A DNA stretch of 35,912 nt from a virus (lineage: Duplodnaviria; Caudoviricetes): positions 1 through 35,912 of the IMG/VR virus record IMGVR_UViG_3300025600_000014, one strand, 5' to 3'. How positions within the stretch are numbered: position 1 is the stretch's first letter; the number at the start of each line of letters is the position of its first letter. Made by a program: the position numbers and the translations under genes. Under the pieces are notes generated by a model. It saw only the letters and a program-made list of their open reading frames with translations, was not told where the DNA came from and made no database searches. Shown here in pieces: positions 25,982 through 34,143 of the stretch.

Positions 25982-26250
25982 ATCAGTATGACAGCATGAC
26001 TGTTGATGAACTGTTGTTTGAGTATGCGGAATGGGCGCGTAACCATGCTGGAACTCATTGGGAGATACATGGGGAAAAGGGCGTGGTTGTTGATGATGAG
26101 AATCCGTTGAATGTGGTGGCAAGAAAACATGCCCTTGTTGCCGCCCTTCGTCGCAAGGTTATCGAAGAGGCAAGCGTGGGGGTGGTGAAACTGTCGCATA
26201 ATGGTGTGGCAAGCGACTACGACATCGTTCCTCACAAGGAGACCACATGA
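25978..26250 (+). CDS. Hypothetical protein
   Basis: SD AAGGAGGTG; ATGA overlap. Confidence 0.6.
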   Translation: MNQYDSMTVDELLFEYAEWARNHAGTHWEIHGEKGVVVDDENPLNVVARKHALVAALRRKVIEEASVGVVKLSHNGVASDYDIVPHKETT

Positions 26251-26444
26251 CAGAGTTGCAGAACGGTGATCTCCAACTGGACAACGGTGTCATCATCCCG
26301 GCAGCCAAGCGTACCAGGTGTGAGGTCTATAGCAGGGTTGTTGGTTATTTGAGACCCGTAGCCCAGTGGAACAAGGGGAAGAAGGCGGAATGGGCGGATA
26401 GAATATGCTTTACGGCCACAACAACGCCAAAGGAGACCAAATGA
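26247..26444 (+). CDS. Stand-alone class III RNR (NrdD) C-terminal glycyl-radical domain protein, copy 2
   Basis: CEVYSRVVGYLRPVAQWNKGKKAEWADR; SD AAGGAG. Confidence 0.85.
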   Translation: MTELQNGDLQLDNGVIIPAAKRTRCEVYSRVVGYLRPVAQWNKGKKAEWADRICFTATTTPKETK

Positions 26445-26698
26445 GGACTACGCATCGGCATCGTGAGACGCGCAAATCAAAGGTTCTAAACATCCCCTCG
26501 TACCACATTGTCTATCCGCCGATTGATGCAGAAAGGCTACAGGCGGCAATGTTGCGGGCAAGCGCGACCGTCATGGTTGGGCTAGTGAATAGGATCAGCA
26601 AAGAAGAAGTGATTGAGCTGTTCGGGCGAATCGAGCCGCAGGACTTTCCGATGCAACTGTTGCCGATGGAGAAAGAGGGGGTGACGCATGAAGATTGA
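26441..26698 (+). CDS. Hypothetical protein
   Basis: SD AAGGAG; ATGA overlap. Confidence 0.55.
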   Translation: MRTTHRHRETRKSKVLNIPSYHIVYPPIDAERLQAAMLRASATVMVGLVNRISKEEVIELFGRIEPQDFPMQLLPMEKEGVTHED

Positions 26699-26813
26699 CA
26701 AGATTCTAGACAATATCTTCAAGGTTAAGGTATTGCTGAATGAGATTGCCGATGAGGTGATTAAGATAAAAGCAAGGGAGGCCAAGCAAGTCAAGCAAGT
26801 AGAAGGCAAGTAG
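26688..26813 (+). CDS. Small hypothetical protein (41 aa)
   Basis: SD GAGGGGG; MKIDKILDNIFKVKVLLNEIADEVIKIK. Confidence 0.45.
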   Translation: MKIDKILDNIFKVKVLLNEIADEVIKIKAREAKQVKQVEGK

Positions 26814-26851
26814 TACCCAAATCGCAGTAGCCCCGGCAAGGGCGGAGGTGT

Positions 26852-27316
26852 GTGAGTATGAGCGTAGTATTGCGTAGGAAGGTTAGTGGGCAAGTTGTCA
26901 GGGTCGAATCGTCGGTCGACAAGCCGAAACGCAAGAAGAGAACCCCGCGTCAGATCGAGGATGATTTATGTTGTACCCTCTGGTCCGCGGCGGTCAGGAC
27001 CCGAGATGGATATGTCTGTCAGTATTGTGGAACCCCCACGAAGAAAGCGGAGGCACACCATATCTTCACGCGTCAGCACAAGTCAACAAAGTTTGATCTG
27101 GACAATGGGATCACTCTCTGCTGGCCCTGCCATAAGTATCGTGCAGTCAGTGGCGATTTTGCATACTGGGAACAGCATCAATGGCTTGGGCTTAAGAAAT
27201 GGGAAGCGTTACACGCCAGGACAATGGCAACGGTTAAGACAACGGACGCCTGGTATGCCGAACAGGAAGCGCAATTGCGGGCGAAACTTGAAAAGTTGCA
27301 GGCGGTGATGACATGA
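26852..27316 (+). CDS. NinG/Rap-like HNH nuclease
   Basis: DDLCCTLWSAAVRTRDGYVCQYCG..EAHH..KFDLDNGITLCWPCH plus a NinG-like helical tail. Confidence 0.75.
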   Translation: MSMSVVLRRKVSGQVVRVESSVDKPKRKKRTPRQIEDDLCCTLWSAAVRTRDGYVCQYCGTPTKKAEAHHIFTRQHKSTKFDLDNGITLCWPCHKYRAVSGDFAYWEQHQWLGLKKWEALHARTMATVKTTDAWYAEQEAQLRAKLEKLQAVMT

Positions 27317-27459
27317 CTTCCGGCGATCAGTTCAAGCCGATTGAAATGCCTTATCTCAGGATGTGGCGGGAACGCCTTGAAGCAGAGAAACTTGCTAAGG
27401 CCGTCAAGTCTGTGGTTAAGAAGCGCAAGAAAGCCAAGAAGTCGAAGGCGCAGAAATGA
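27313..27459 (+). CDS. Small basic hypothetical protein
   Basis: ATGA overlaps on both sides; Lys-rich end. Confidence 0.45.
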   Translation: MTSGDQFKPIEMPYLRMWRERLEAEKLAKAVKSVVKKRKKAKKSKAQK

Positions 27460-28007
27460 AATGGGCTAAGTCTCGTAATCATTGTCCTGACTATTACGCA
27501 TGGCAAGATCTCGGGCGTGTCATGTTTGTGACGCTGGTTCTTGCCCTCATCGCCTCTCTGGTGATTGCCCTGTTGGTTTTCATCATGAGCCCCGGGGTTG
27601 CAACTGCCGGTGATGTTACCAACTACCGTCAGGCCCGCCGTCTGGCAGTCCTTCCCATCGACAAGGTTACGACAAGGGCGTCAGAACCCGTCAAGACCCT
27701 GTTCATGGAGGTTTCAGCATATTCGCCCTCGGTTTTTGAGTGTGACAGCAACCCCATGACAACGGCCAGCGGCAAACGTGTCTATGTCGGCGGTGTGGCT
27801 GCAGACCTTAGCAGGTTCCCATTTGGAACAATTCTGCTGATACCTGGCTATAACGGCGGGAAACCGTGTCAAGTCATCGACACCGGCTCTGCCATCAAGG
27901 GCGCCAAGCTGGACGTGTTTTTCTTTTCGACACATGAAGCTGCTCACTTCGGGCGCAGACGCAATGTCAAAGTCCAGGTGCTATACGTACCTAGGGTGAA
28001 GAAATGA
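27456..28007 (+). CDS. Membrane-anchored 3D-domain (MltA-like) peptidoglycan hydrolase
   Basis: TM helix; SAYS..TASG..VAAD..PFGT..IDTGSAIKG.KLDVF carries the three Asp residues. Confidence 0.85.
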   Translation: MKWAKSRNHCPDYYAWQDLGRVMFVTLVLALIASLVIALLVFIMSPGVATAGDVTNYRQARRLAVLPIDKVTTRASEPVKTLFMEVSAYSPSVFECDSNPMTTASGKRVYVGGVAADLSRFPFGTILLIPGYNGGKPCQVIDTGSAIKGAKLDVFFFSTHEAAHFGRRRNVKVQVLYVPRVKK

Positions 28008-28076
28008 CCAGCCCTCTCTGGACGATCATTGCTTTGTGTCTGCTATTGGCTTGGCTGCAAAATCGAGGGGGTGAGC

Positions 28077-28355
28077 ATGGAGAGGATTGAGATCATAAAT
28101 TTACACGTCGTTCGTGAGTACCACCGTGAACTGGGCGTCGATCGTGAGACAGTCGTGGAAATCATGGAATCCATCTACGCCGCTGCTTATACGGAAGGCC
28201 GACTGTGGCAGAAGGCAGAAATCCAGCGCTGCGCAAGAAAGACAAATGGCGACGGGTATATTCCCTCAGGCTACGCTTCGGGGGCCTACATCGTGCCGGG
28301 GTTCGTGCTTGAACCAGCGGCAGGCGAAGCTGTAACGGAGAAGGTATCCGAATGA
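28077..28355 (+). CDS. Hypothetical protein
   Basis: SD GAGGGGG before ATG 28077. Confidence 0.55.
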   Translation: MERIEIINLHVVREYHRELGVDRETVVEIMESIYAAAYTEGRLWQKAEIQRCARKTNGDGYIPSGYASGAYIVPGFVLEPAAGEAVTEKVSE

Positions 28356-28804
28356 TCTCCCTTGTGGACGTTGCAAATCGCGCTGGCTACACCGTCATCA
28401 GCCACTATGGATTGACGGTTATGGAGCTGGGGGGCGACGGCGATTGGACGCGAGTAGAAAGAGCCTGTCGGCGGTTTGTGCGGCACAGTCGCATCTATGA
28501 CCATTATACAATCGTTGTCCGCAACGCAGATGGAACGCGCGACCTGCGGGACGTAGGACTGAACCAGGTTCGTTTTGCCGTATTGCCTCCAGTTTCTCAT
28601 CGCTGGGTTCAGCGCAAGGGAGAGTATTCGGGGGTGAGGAAAAGCGGCAAGAAGTTCATGGGCAGGATATGGGTGAACCATAAGGAAATTTACGTAGGAA
28701 CATATCTGGACGCGATCAGCGCAGCAAAAGCGAGAGACAGGTATGTTATCGATCATGGTCTCGCGCTACATCTGAATTTTCCCATTGATGCGGTTGTAGC
28801 ATAG
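28352..28804 (+). CDS. AP2-domain DNA-binding protein (HNH-AP2 derivative with a degenerate N-terminus)
   Basis: YSGVRKSGKKFMGRIWVNHKEIYVGTYLDAISAAKARD..LNFP. Confidence 0.75.
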   Translation: MISLVDVANRAGYTVISHYGLTVMELGGDGDWTRVERACRRFVRHSRIYDHYTIVVRNADGTRDLRDVGLNQVRFAVLPPVSHRWVQRKGEYSGVRKSGKKFMGRIWVNHKEIYVGTYLDAISAAKARDRYVIDHGLALHLNFPIDAVVA

Positions 28805-28820
28805 GAAGCGGTTTTCCGGC

Positions 28821-28848
28821 TTGACTGGGGACAAAAATACGGTATAAT
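28821..28848 (+). promoter_or_regulatory. Late promoter
   Basis: TTGACT-16 bp-TATAAT upstream of terS. Confidence 0.75.
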
Positions 28849-28936
28849 ATAATCTGCAAATGGTGACCCTCGTAGCCGCGCCGGCAAGCGCGAAACATCA
28901 GTTTCTATCGGATATACAGGATTCTTATAACTATAC

Positions 28937-28984
28937 GCCCCACTCATCCCTTCGCATAGTCGGGGGACAGGTGGGGCTTTCTTC
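28937..28984 (+). terminator. Terminator/attenuator in the late leader
   Basis: GCCCCAC..TCCCTTCG/CGGGGGA..GTGGGGC followed by TTTCTTC. Confidence 0.55.
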
Positions 28985-29035
28985 ATATCCAGACATAGGA
29001 ACCCTACGAAGAATTGCAAACGGTACATCCAATAT

Positions 29036-29103
29036 GGTGAGCGCATTTGACAAGGCTGTGACTGCGGTCGCGCCTGCTCGGGTTAGAGTCCCGAGGCTCA
29101 CCA
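29036..29103 (+). ncRNA. tRNA-like small RNA (acceptor stem and T-arm, no D-stem or canonical anticodon arm)
   Basis: GGTGAGC/GCTCACC-A; CTCGGG-TTAGAGT-CCCGAG; inner AGGC/GCCT and GTGAC-TGCG-GTCGC. Confidence 0.5.
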
Positions 29104-29137
29104 ACCCTCCATGGATAGCTATTGAGGATCTGCCGTA

Positions 29138-29560
29138 ATGGGTAGGCCTCGCATCAATTGGCAACAGATACACAACGAGTACACAACGAGTCCCGAGGCA
29201 ATCAGCAAGCAGGACTTGGCAGATAAGTACGGGATCAATCGCACAACCCTGAGCCTGAAGGCAACGAAAGAACAGTGGGATATTGCCCGTGCTTCGTTTT
29301 TGCGCTTGACCTCCGATAAGGCAACCGAAAAGAAAGCCGATGCAGTATCAACCTTTGCTGCTGAATGGAATGGCACATGTGTCGATTCAGCAAAGCGGTT
29401 GAATATCAAGGCGTTGGCAGAGATGGACGCAGGCGGCAAGGTGCGAGATATAGCGGGTGCGTTGAAGATTGCTCAGGACATGGGCAAGGCCGCAGCAGGT
29501 GAATCACCTGAGGACACATTGCTGTCGATTCTTGCTGGACTGCAGAAGAGGTACGAATGA
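29138..29560 (+). CDS. terS: Terminase small subunit (putative)
   Basis: N-terminal HTH INWQQI..EY..SKQDLADKYGI..TL....EQW; directly upstream of terL. Confidence 0.7.
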   Translation: MGRPRINWQQIHNEYTTSPEAISKQDLADKYGINRTTLSLKATKEQWDIARASFLRLTSDKATEKKADAVSTFAAEWNGTCVDSAKRLNIKALAEMDAGGKVRDIAGALKIAQDMGKAAAGESPEDTLLSILAGLQKRYE

Positions 29561-30858
29561 ACGCCCCCCGTATCTGCGACGACCTCGAAACAATAGGGCA
29601 GATCAGGACGCAGGAAGGGTTGCGTCCATTGGTCTTGTTTCCTTGGCAGCGCGAGTTCATCAAGGCAACGCTATCACATGACAGGATTGCCGTGCTGAAG
29701 AGTCGTGACATTGGCAGCTCTACTGTGGCGGTGATCCTCTACACCTATCTCGCAATGGTATTTGGGGGAGATCTAGTCATCTGTTCGTATAAGCTGGACT
29801 CTGCCAAGTCGCTATTCGAGACGGCAAGAACGTTCATTGCCAATTTGCCCGAAGCGTGGCAACCCATAGCAAGGCTCAAAACGGATACCGACTACCATGC
29901 CATACTCCCAAATGGATCGCACCTGAGAGCAATGGAAATGACGAAGAACGTAGGCCGCTCATTCCGAGCCAAGTATCTGCTTGCTTCTGAGTTGGCCTTT
30001 TGGAGTTCCCCCCGTGAAAGTTGGCAGGCTGTGAGTGGTTCAGGTGTTGCGGGCATGTCCATTACTGCCGAATCAACTCCCAACCCTGGTCCTGAAGGTT
30101 CTCTATTCGAGTCCCTATTGGACAATCCTGCGTGGTATCGGATGGAACAGAACTATGAGGGCAACCCCGCGCATACAGAAGCGTGGCGTGTGTCCAAACT
30201 TGCAGAGTTGGACGGTGATGAGGAAAGGTTCGCTCAGGAATATGCCTGTAGTCTGAACAAAGCCTCGATGAACAAGTCTGTCATTCCTCTCGCTTCCATT
30301 CTTGCCGCTATGGGTCGCGTTCACACTGGAACTGATTTGCCTCATGTTCTCGGAGTCGACGTCGCCAGATTCGGGTCCGACAACAGCGTTATAACTGTTC
30401 GACACGGTAATGCGGTCATCAGTCAAGAGAGTATTCATGGTATGGATTTAATGACCTTGGCAAAGCGCGTACGTGATGTTGCAGCAGAAGATATGAGCGA
30501 GGCTGTGAACGTCGATGTGATTGGGATAGGCGCTGGGGTAGTCGACGCGCTCAATGACATGGGTGTTCAAGGCGTCAACGGTGTGAATGTGGCAGAACAG
30601 GCTTGGGACTCTGAGAAGTTTGCGAATAGGAAAGCCGAATTGTACTGGGGTCTCAGAGATCGCTTTCTCAATGACGATATCTGCATTCCTGATGATCAAG
30701 ACTTGAAGCGAGAGTTGATGGTGACGTTTGATTATACCATCACTGGAAAAATCTGCATCCAAAGTAAGGACCGCGTCAAAGAGACGCTGGGCAGGTCCCC
30801 CGACAGAGCCGAATCCCTGATGCTCGCTTTCACGCCAAGCATGTGTGTGGTCGCCTAA
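29557..30858 (+). CDS. terL: Terminase large subunit
   Basis: PWQ, VLKSRDIGSST (Walker A), LLASELAFW (Walker B), ESTPN, GVDVARFGSD and SPDRAES. Confidence 0.93.
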   Translation: MNAPRICDDLETIGQIRTQEGLRPLVLFPWQREFIKATLSHDRIAVLKSRDIGSSTVAVILYTYLAMVFGGDLVICSYKLDSAKSLFETARTFIANLPEAWQPIARLKTDTDYHAILPNGSHLRAMEMTKNVGRSFRAKYLLASELAFWSSPRESWQAVSGSGVAGMSITAESTPNPGPEGSLFESLLDNPAWYRMEQNYEGNPAHTEAWRVSKLAELDGDEERFAQEYACSLNKASMNKSVIPLASILAAMGRVHTGTDLPHVLGVDVARFGSDNSVITVRHGNAVISQESIHGMDLMTLAKRVRDVAAEDMSEAVNVDVIGIGAGVVDALNDMGVQGVNGVNVAEQAWDSEKFANRKAELYWGLRDRFLNDDICIPDDQDLKRELMVTFDYTITGKICIQSKDRVKETLGRSPDRAESLMLAFTPSMCVVA

Positions 30859-30859
30859 G

Positions 30860-31441
30860 ATGCCAACGGGAATATACGTACGGACAGAAGCGCAGAAGAG
30901 GAACATTTCTGCTGGCATGATGGGAAACCAAAACCGCCTTGGGGGTCACGTTTCAGATGAAACCAAAGCAAAGATTTCTGCGACAATGGCGGGCGTATCC
31001 AAGTCCGATGAGACAAGGGGGCACATGTCAATTGCTCAAGTGGGGCACCCAGTATCCCTTGACGCTCGTGCAAACATGTCTATGGCACAGAGAGGGAACA
31101 CAAACAGGCGGGGCCGCCACCTTGTTTACTCAGAAGAAACTTGGGCAAGGTTGTCCGCTGCCCACATGGGTTTAGGTTGGAAGGGCGGTCCAATGGCATT
31201 TAGGCGCAGGTCTAAGGCTAAGCGCCGCTTGCTCGGGTTTGTTCCATTGAATGAGTGCTTTGTTGGTTGCGAAGGGCATCACATTGACAACGAACGGGTC
31301 ATCAATATGCCTCACGCTCTGCATCGTAGCGTTTACCATAATCAGCATACTGGACAGGGCATGGCAAAGATTAACGCGATTGCCTACAACTTCCTTTTCA
31401 AGCAGGAAGTAGAAGAGGCATTGGAGGCAAGACGTGGCTAA
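30860..31441 (+). CDS. NUMOD3-repeat HNH-like endonuclease (type A, ~5 repeats)
   Basis: KRRLLGFVPLN..CEGHH..INMPHALHRSVYHNQHTG. Confidence 0.85.
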   Translation: MPTGIYVRTEAQKRNISAGMMGNQNRLGGHVSDETKAKISATMAGVSKSDETRGHMSIAQVGHPVSLDARANMSMAQRGNTNRRGRHLVYSEETWARLSAAHMGLGWKGGPMAFRRRSKAKRRLLGFVPLNECFVGCEGHHIDNERVINMPHALHRSVYHNQHTGQGMAKINAIAYNFLFKQEVEEALEARRG

Positions 31442-33437
31442 TTGGTTATCTAGAACATTCGGACGCAAGGACGGTGTGCCATTTAACACAGCCATGGCCG
31501 ATGTTATGAGCGTCCTTTACCCTGACAAGGGGCAGATGTTGGTCACCGATGCCCGCACCGCAGTCGACAAGAGCGTGTGGATCCTGAGAGCGGTTTCTAC
31601 AGTTGCGACCCGGATAGGCTCCCTGCCTTGGCATTTGATGAACGGCGACAAGGTAGTGGAAGGCAAGTCAGCAGTCTTGACTAGGCCCTCACCAAACCAG
31701 ACTGGAACTGAATTCGTGGAAAGAATCATCGCCTGGGAATTGTTACAGGGTACGGGTATGGTTTACGTCGAGGTTCCCGCCATCAAGGGTCTCACCGTCC
31801 TCGATGCTGACATGATCCTCATTGACAAGGGCGGCAACATCAATTACCGCGAGCCGGGATTGAACGGGCAATACTCCGATAGACAGTTACTGAAATCCAA
31901 CATTGTGCTGTTCCCGAACTTCAGCATCACGGGTCAGCTCGGTCTCTCTGAACTACGTCCCATTCTTGACACCGCCAACATGGATGAAGGCGCCAAGCAA
32001 GTTTGGAATAGCCAGATGAGTTCAGGCGGTGCTTTGGCCGGACTGATGACGACCGATTTCAAGTTGACTGGACCCGAACTCATGGCGGCTAAGAAGGCAT
32101 GGGAGGAAAAGTATTCGGGTATCCAGAAAGCGGGCGGCATTGGCTGGCTTTCTGCTGGTTACCACTTTGAGAAACTGGGCATAAGCGCAGCCGATCTGAA
32201 ACTGTTGGAAGTCAGCAAGGTTACCCGTGAGGAAATAGGCGCGGCATTTGGCGTACCTGGTGTGTTTTTGAATGATACGCAAAGCGTGGACTACAGCAAC
32301 GCGCAGACACAAGAGCGCATCCTCTACTCGAATACGATTATCCCCAAGGCCGACAGACTGGCGGACCGGATTACTACGTTCCTGCTGCCGCTACTGCCAG
32401 GACTTAAGGGGTTGACGTTCAAGTTTGACTACTCGGGCATTGAGTGTCTACAAGCAAACAGGCTAGAGCGGGCGCAGAGTGATGAGATAGAGTTCCGCTC
32501 GGGCAAACTGACCATCAACGAGGCGCGGATACGGGATGGGCTGAAGAAGGTTGCATGGGGAGATGTGTTCTGGTGCAGCGCGATGCTTGTTCCAATTTCA
32601 ACATCCGACTTGCCAGAGCCGCCCCCACCTGTTGCACCTCCTGCAACTACTGAACCTGTTGTGCCACCTGAGGGCGATTCTGTGCCCGTGGCTGAGCCAA
32701 AGGGTATCAAGGCGTTGCATAGCCCGGAAGCGCGTAAGCTCATCGCCAAGGCGTTCATTGCCAAGACTGCCCCACAGGAGAAAAAGTTTGCACAGGCAAC
32801 GATGAAGGCGTTCAACAAGCAAGCCAAGGTTGTTGAATCATGGGTGGCAGATGGAGCTAAGGCGGTTGCAACTAAGCCCCTTCGCGCACTGCTTGATGAT
32901 TCAGATTTTGTGGATAACTGGCACTCACTGTTCGTGGCGTTCGGCATGCAATCTGCTGAAGAAGTTGCTGCTCGCTACTCCATGGCCGTTCCTGATGGTT
33001 CAGCAATCCTTAAGTGGATTCGAGCGCAGGAAAGCAAGCAATCCAAGCTTGTTAACCAGACAACTGCCGATGAAATCTCGCAGATATTGGCAGACGCGAG
33101 AGCCAATGGAGCCTCGATTCCAGATATGGTCAAGGCTACGAAGGGCTACTTCGACAATATCGCCTATCGTGCCGAGCGAGTTGCCCGCACAAATGTCATA
33201 GCAGCCAACAATGCTGCTGCCCAGGATGTGTATACGGAAAACGGCGTTAAGCAGCATGAATGGCTTTCAACAAACGACAGCCGTGTGCGCGATGATCATG
33301 CCGAAGCAGATGGGCAAGTTGTTGGAGTAGATGAACCGTTTAACGTGGGGGGCGAATCCCTAATGTATCCAGGCGACCCCGCTGGAAGCGCAGATGAAAC
33401 AATTAACTGTCGCTGTACGATTTTACCTGTGATCTAG
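31434..33437 (+). CDS. HK97-family portal protein fused to a MuF (SPP1 gp7-like) head morphogenesis domain
   Basis: Portal motifs LTRPSPNQT, GLS.L, EIGAAFGVP, YSNAQTQ and LTINEAR; Pro-rich linker; MuF RAERVART..EWLSTNDSRVRDDH..DGQ..YPGDP..INCRC. Confidence 0.9.
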   Translation: MANWLSRTFGRKDGVPFNTAMADVMSVLYPDKGQMLVTDARTAVDKSVWILRAVSTVATRIGSLPWHLMNGDKVVEGKSAVLTRPSPNQTGTEFVERIIAWELLQGTGMVYVEVPAIKGLTVLDADMILIDKGGNINYREPGLNGQYSDRQLLKSNIVLFPNFSITGQLGLSELRPILDTANMDEGAKQVWNSQMSSGGALAGLMTTDFKLTGPELMAAKKAWEEKYSGIQKAGGIGWLSAGYHFEKLGISAADLKLLEVSKVTREEIGAAFGVPGVFLNDTQSVDYSNAQTQERILYSNTIIPKADRLADRITTFLLPLLPGLKGLTFKFDYSGIECLQANRLERAQSDEIEFRSGKLTINEARIRDGLKKVAWGDVFWCSAMLVPISTSDLPEPPPPVAPPATTEPVVPPEGDSVPVAEPKGIKALHSPEARKLIAKAFIAKTAPQEKKFAQATMKAFNKQAKVVESWVADGAKAVATKPLRALLDDSDFVDNWHSLFVAFGMQSAEEVAARYSMAVPDGSAILKWIRAQESKQSKLVNQTTADEISQILADARANGASIPDMVKATKGYFDNIAYRAERVARTNVIAANNAAAQDVYTENGVKQHEWLSTNDSRVRDDHAEADGQVVGVDEPFNVGGESLMYPGDPAGSADETINCRCTILPVI

Positions 33438-33447
33438 GAGGCTAGTC

Positions 33448-34137
33448 ATGGACGCAACGAAGATGAAGCGCATATTCTATCCAGTAATCAAAGGTGAGAC
33501 GATTGGCAATATCGCGTCTGCCACAATCACCACAAATGATACGGATAGACAGAATGAAATCATGGAACCCGATGGAATGAGCATCACCAATTACATGGGC
33601 AATCCCGTTGTGCAGTATGGTCACGCCTATCAGGGCGCAGAGTCTATTCCCGTTGGACGCGCAATATCCCTAGAGATTGTCCACGAAGGTGACCACAAGG
33701 CAATCAGGGCACAATGGGAGTGGCAACAAGATGATGTGACCCCGTTGATTACCGCTGTCAAAAAGTCATGGGAGCGTGGATTTCTGAACACTGTCTCTGT
33801 TGGCTTCCTGGCAAACGAGTATCAAGACAACACGATTGCCAAGTCTGAGCTATTGGAGTTCAGCATTGTTCCCGTGCCCGCTAACCCTATGGCCCTGCGT
33901 CTCAATGGATTCACTGATGCAGAGGTCAAGGCGCTCGGGGTTGATGTGACACCCGAAACCCTGATTGCCGACCTTGAAGTCTTAGTTACGACTAAGGAGG
34001 GGCGTGTGTTGTCCAGCAAGAACTATGAGCTGATTACTAACGCCATTGATGCGCTTACTGCGCTACGTGAAGCAGCTACGACTGAGCCGAAAGCTGAATC
34101 ATGGCTGGAAATGTTGCATAAGGCGCTAGGGGCATAA
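33448..34137 (+). CDS. HK97-type prohead protease
   Basis: DRQNE, NPVVQYGH..PVG, LNTVSVGF and LLEFSIVPVPANP. Confidence 0.9.
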   Translation: MDATKMKRIFYPVIKGETIGNIASATITTNDTDRQNEIMEPDGMSITNYMGNPVVQYGHAYQGAESIPVGRAISLEIVHEGDHKAIRAQWEWQQDDVTPLITAVKKSWERGFLNTVSVGFLANEYQDNTIAKSELLEFSIVPVPANPMALRLNGFTDAEVKALGVDVTPETLIADLEVLVTTKEGRVLSSKNYELITNAIDALTALREAATTEPKAESWLEMLHKALGA

Positions 34138-34143
34138 ATAACG

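Noticed and set aside
28860-29138. 92-aa ORF upstream of terS
   Set aside because: It starts a few bases after the promoter without an SD and runs through the terminator and tRNA-like structures; more likely a non-coding leader
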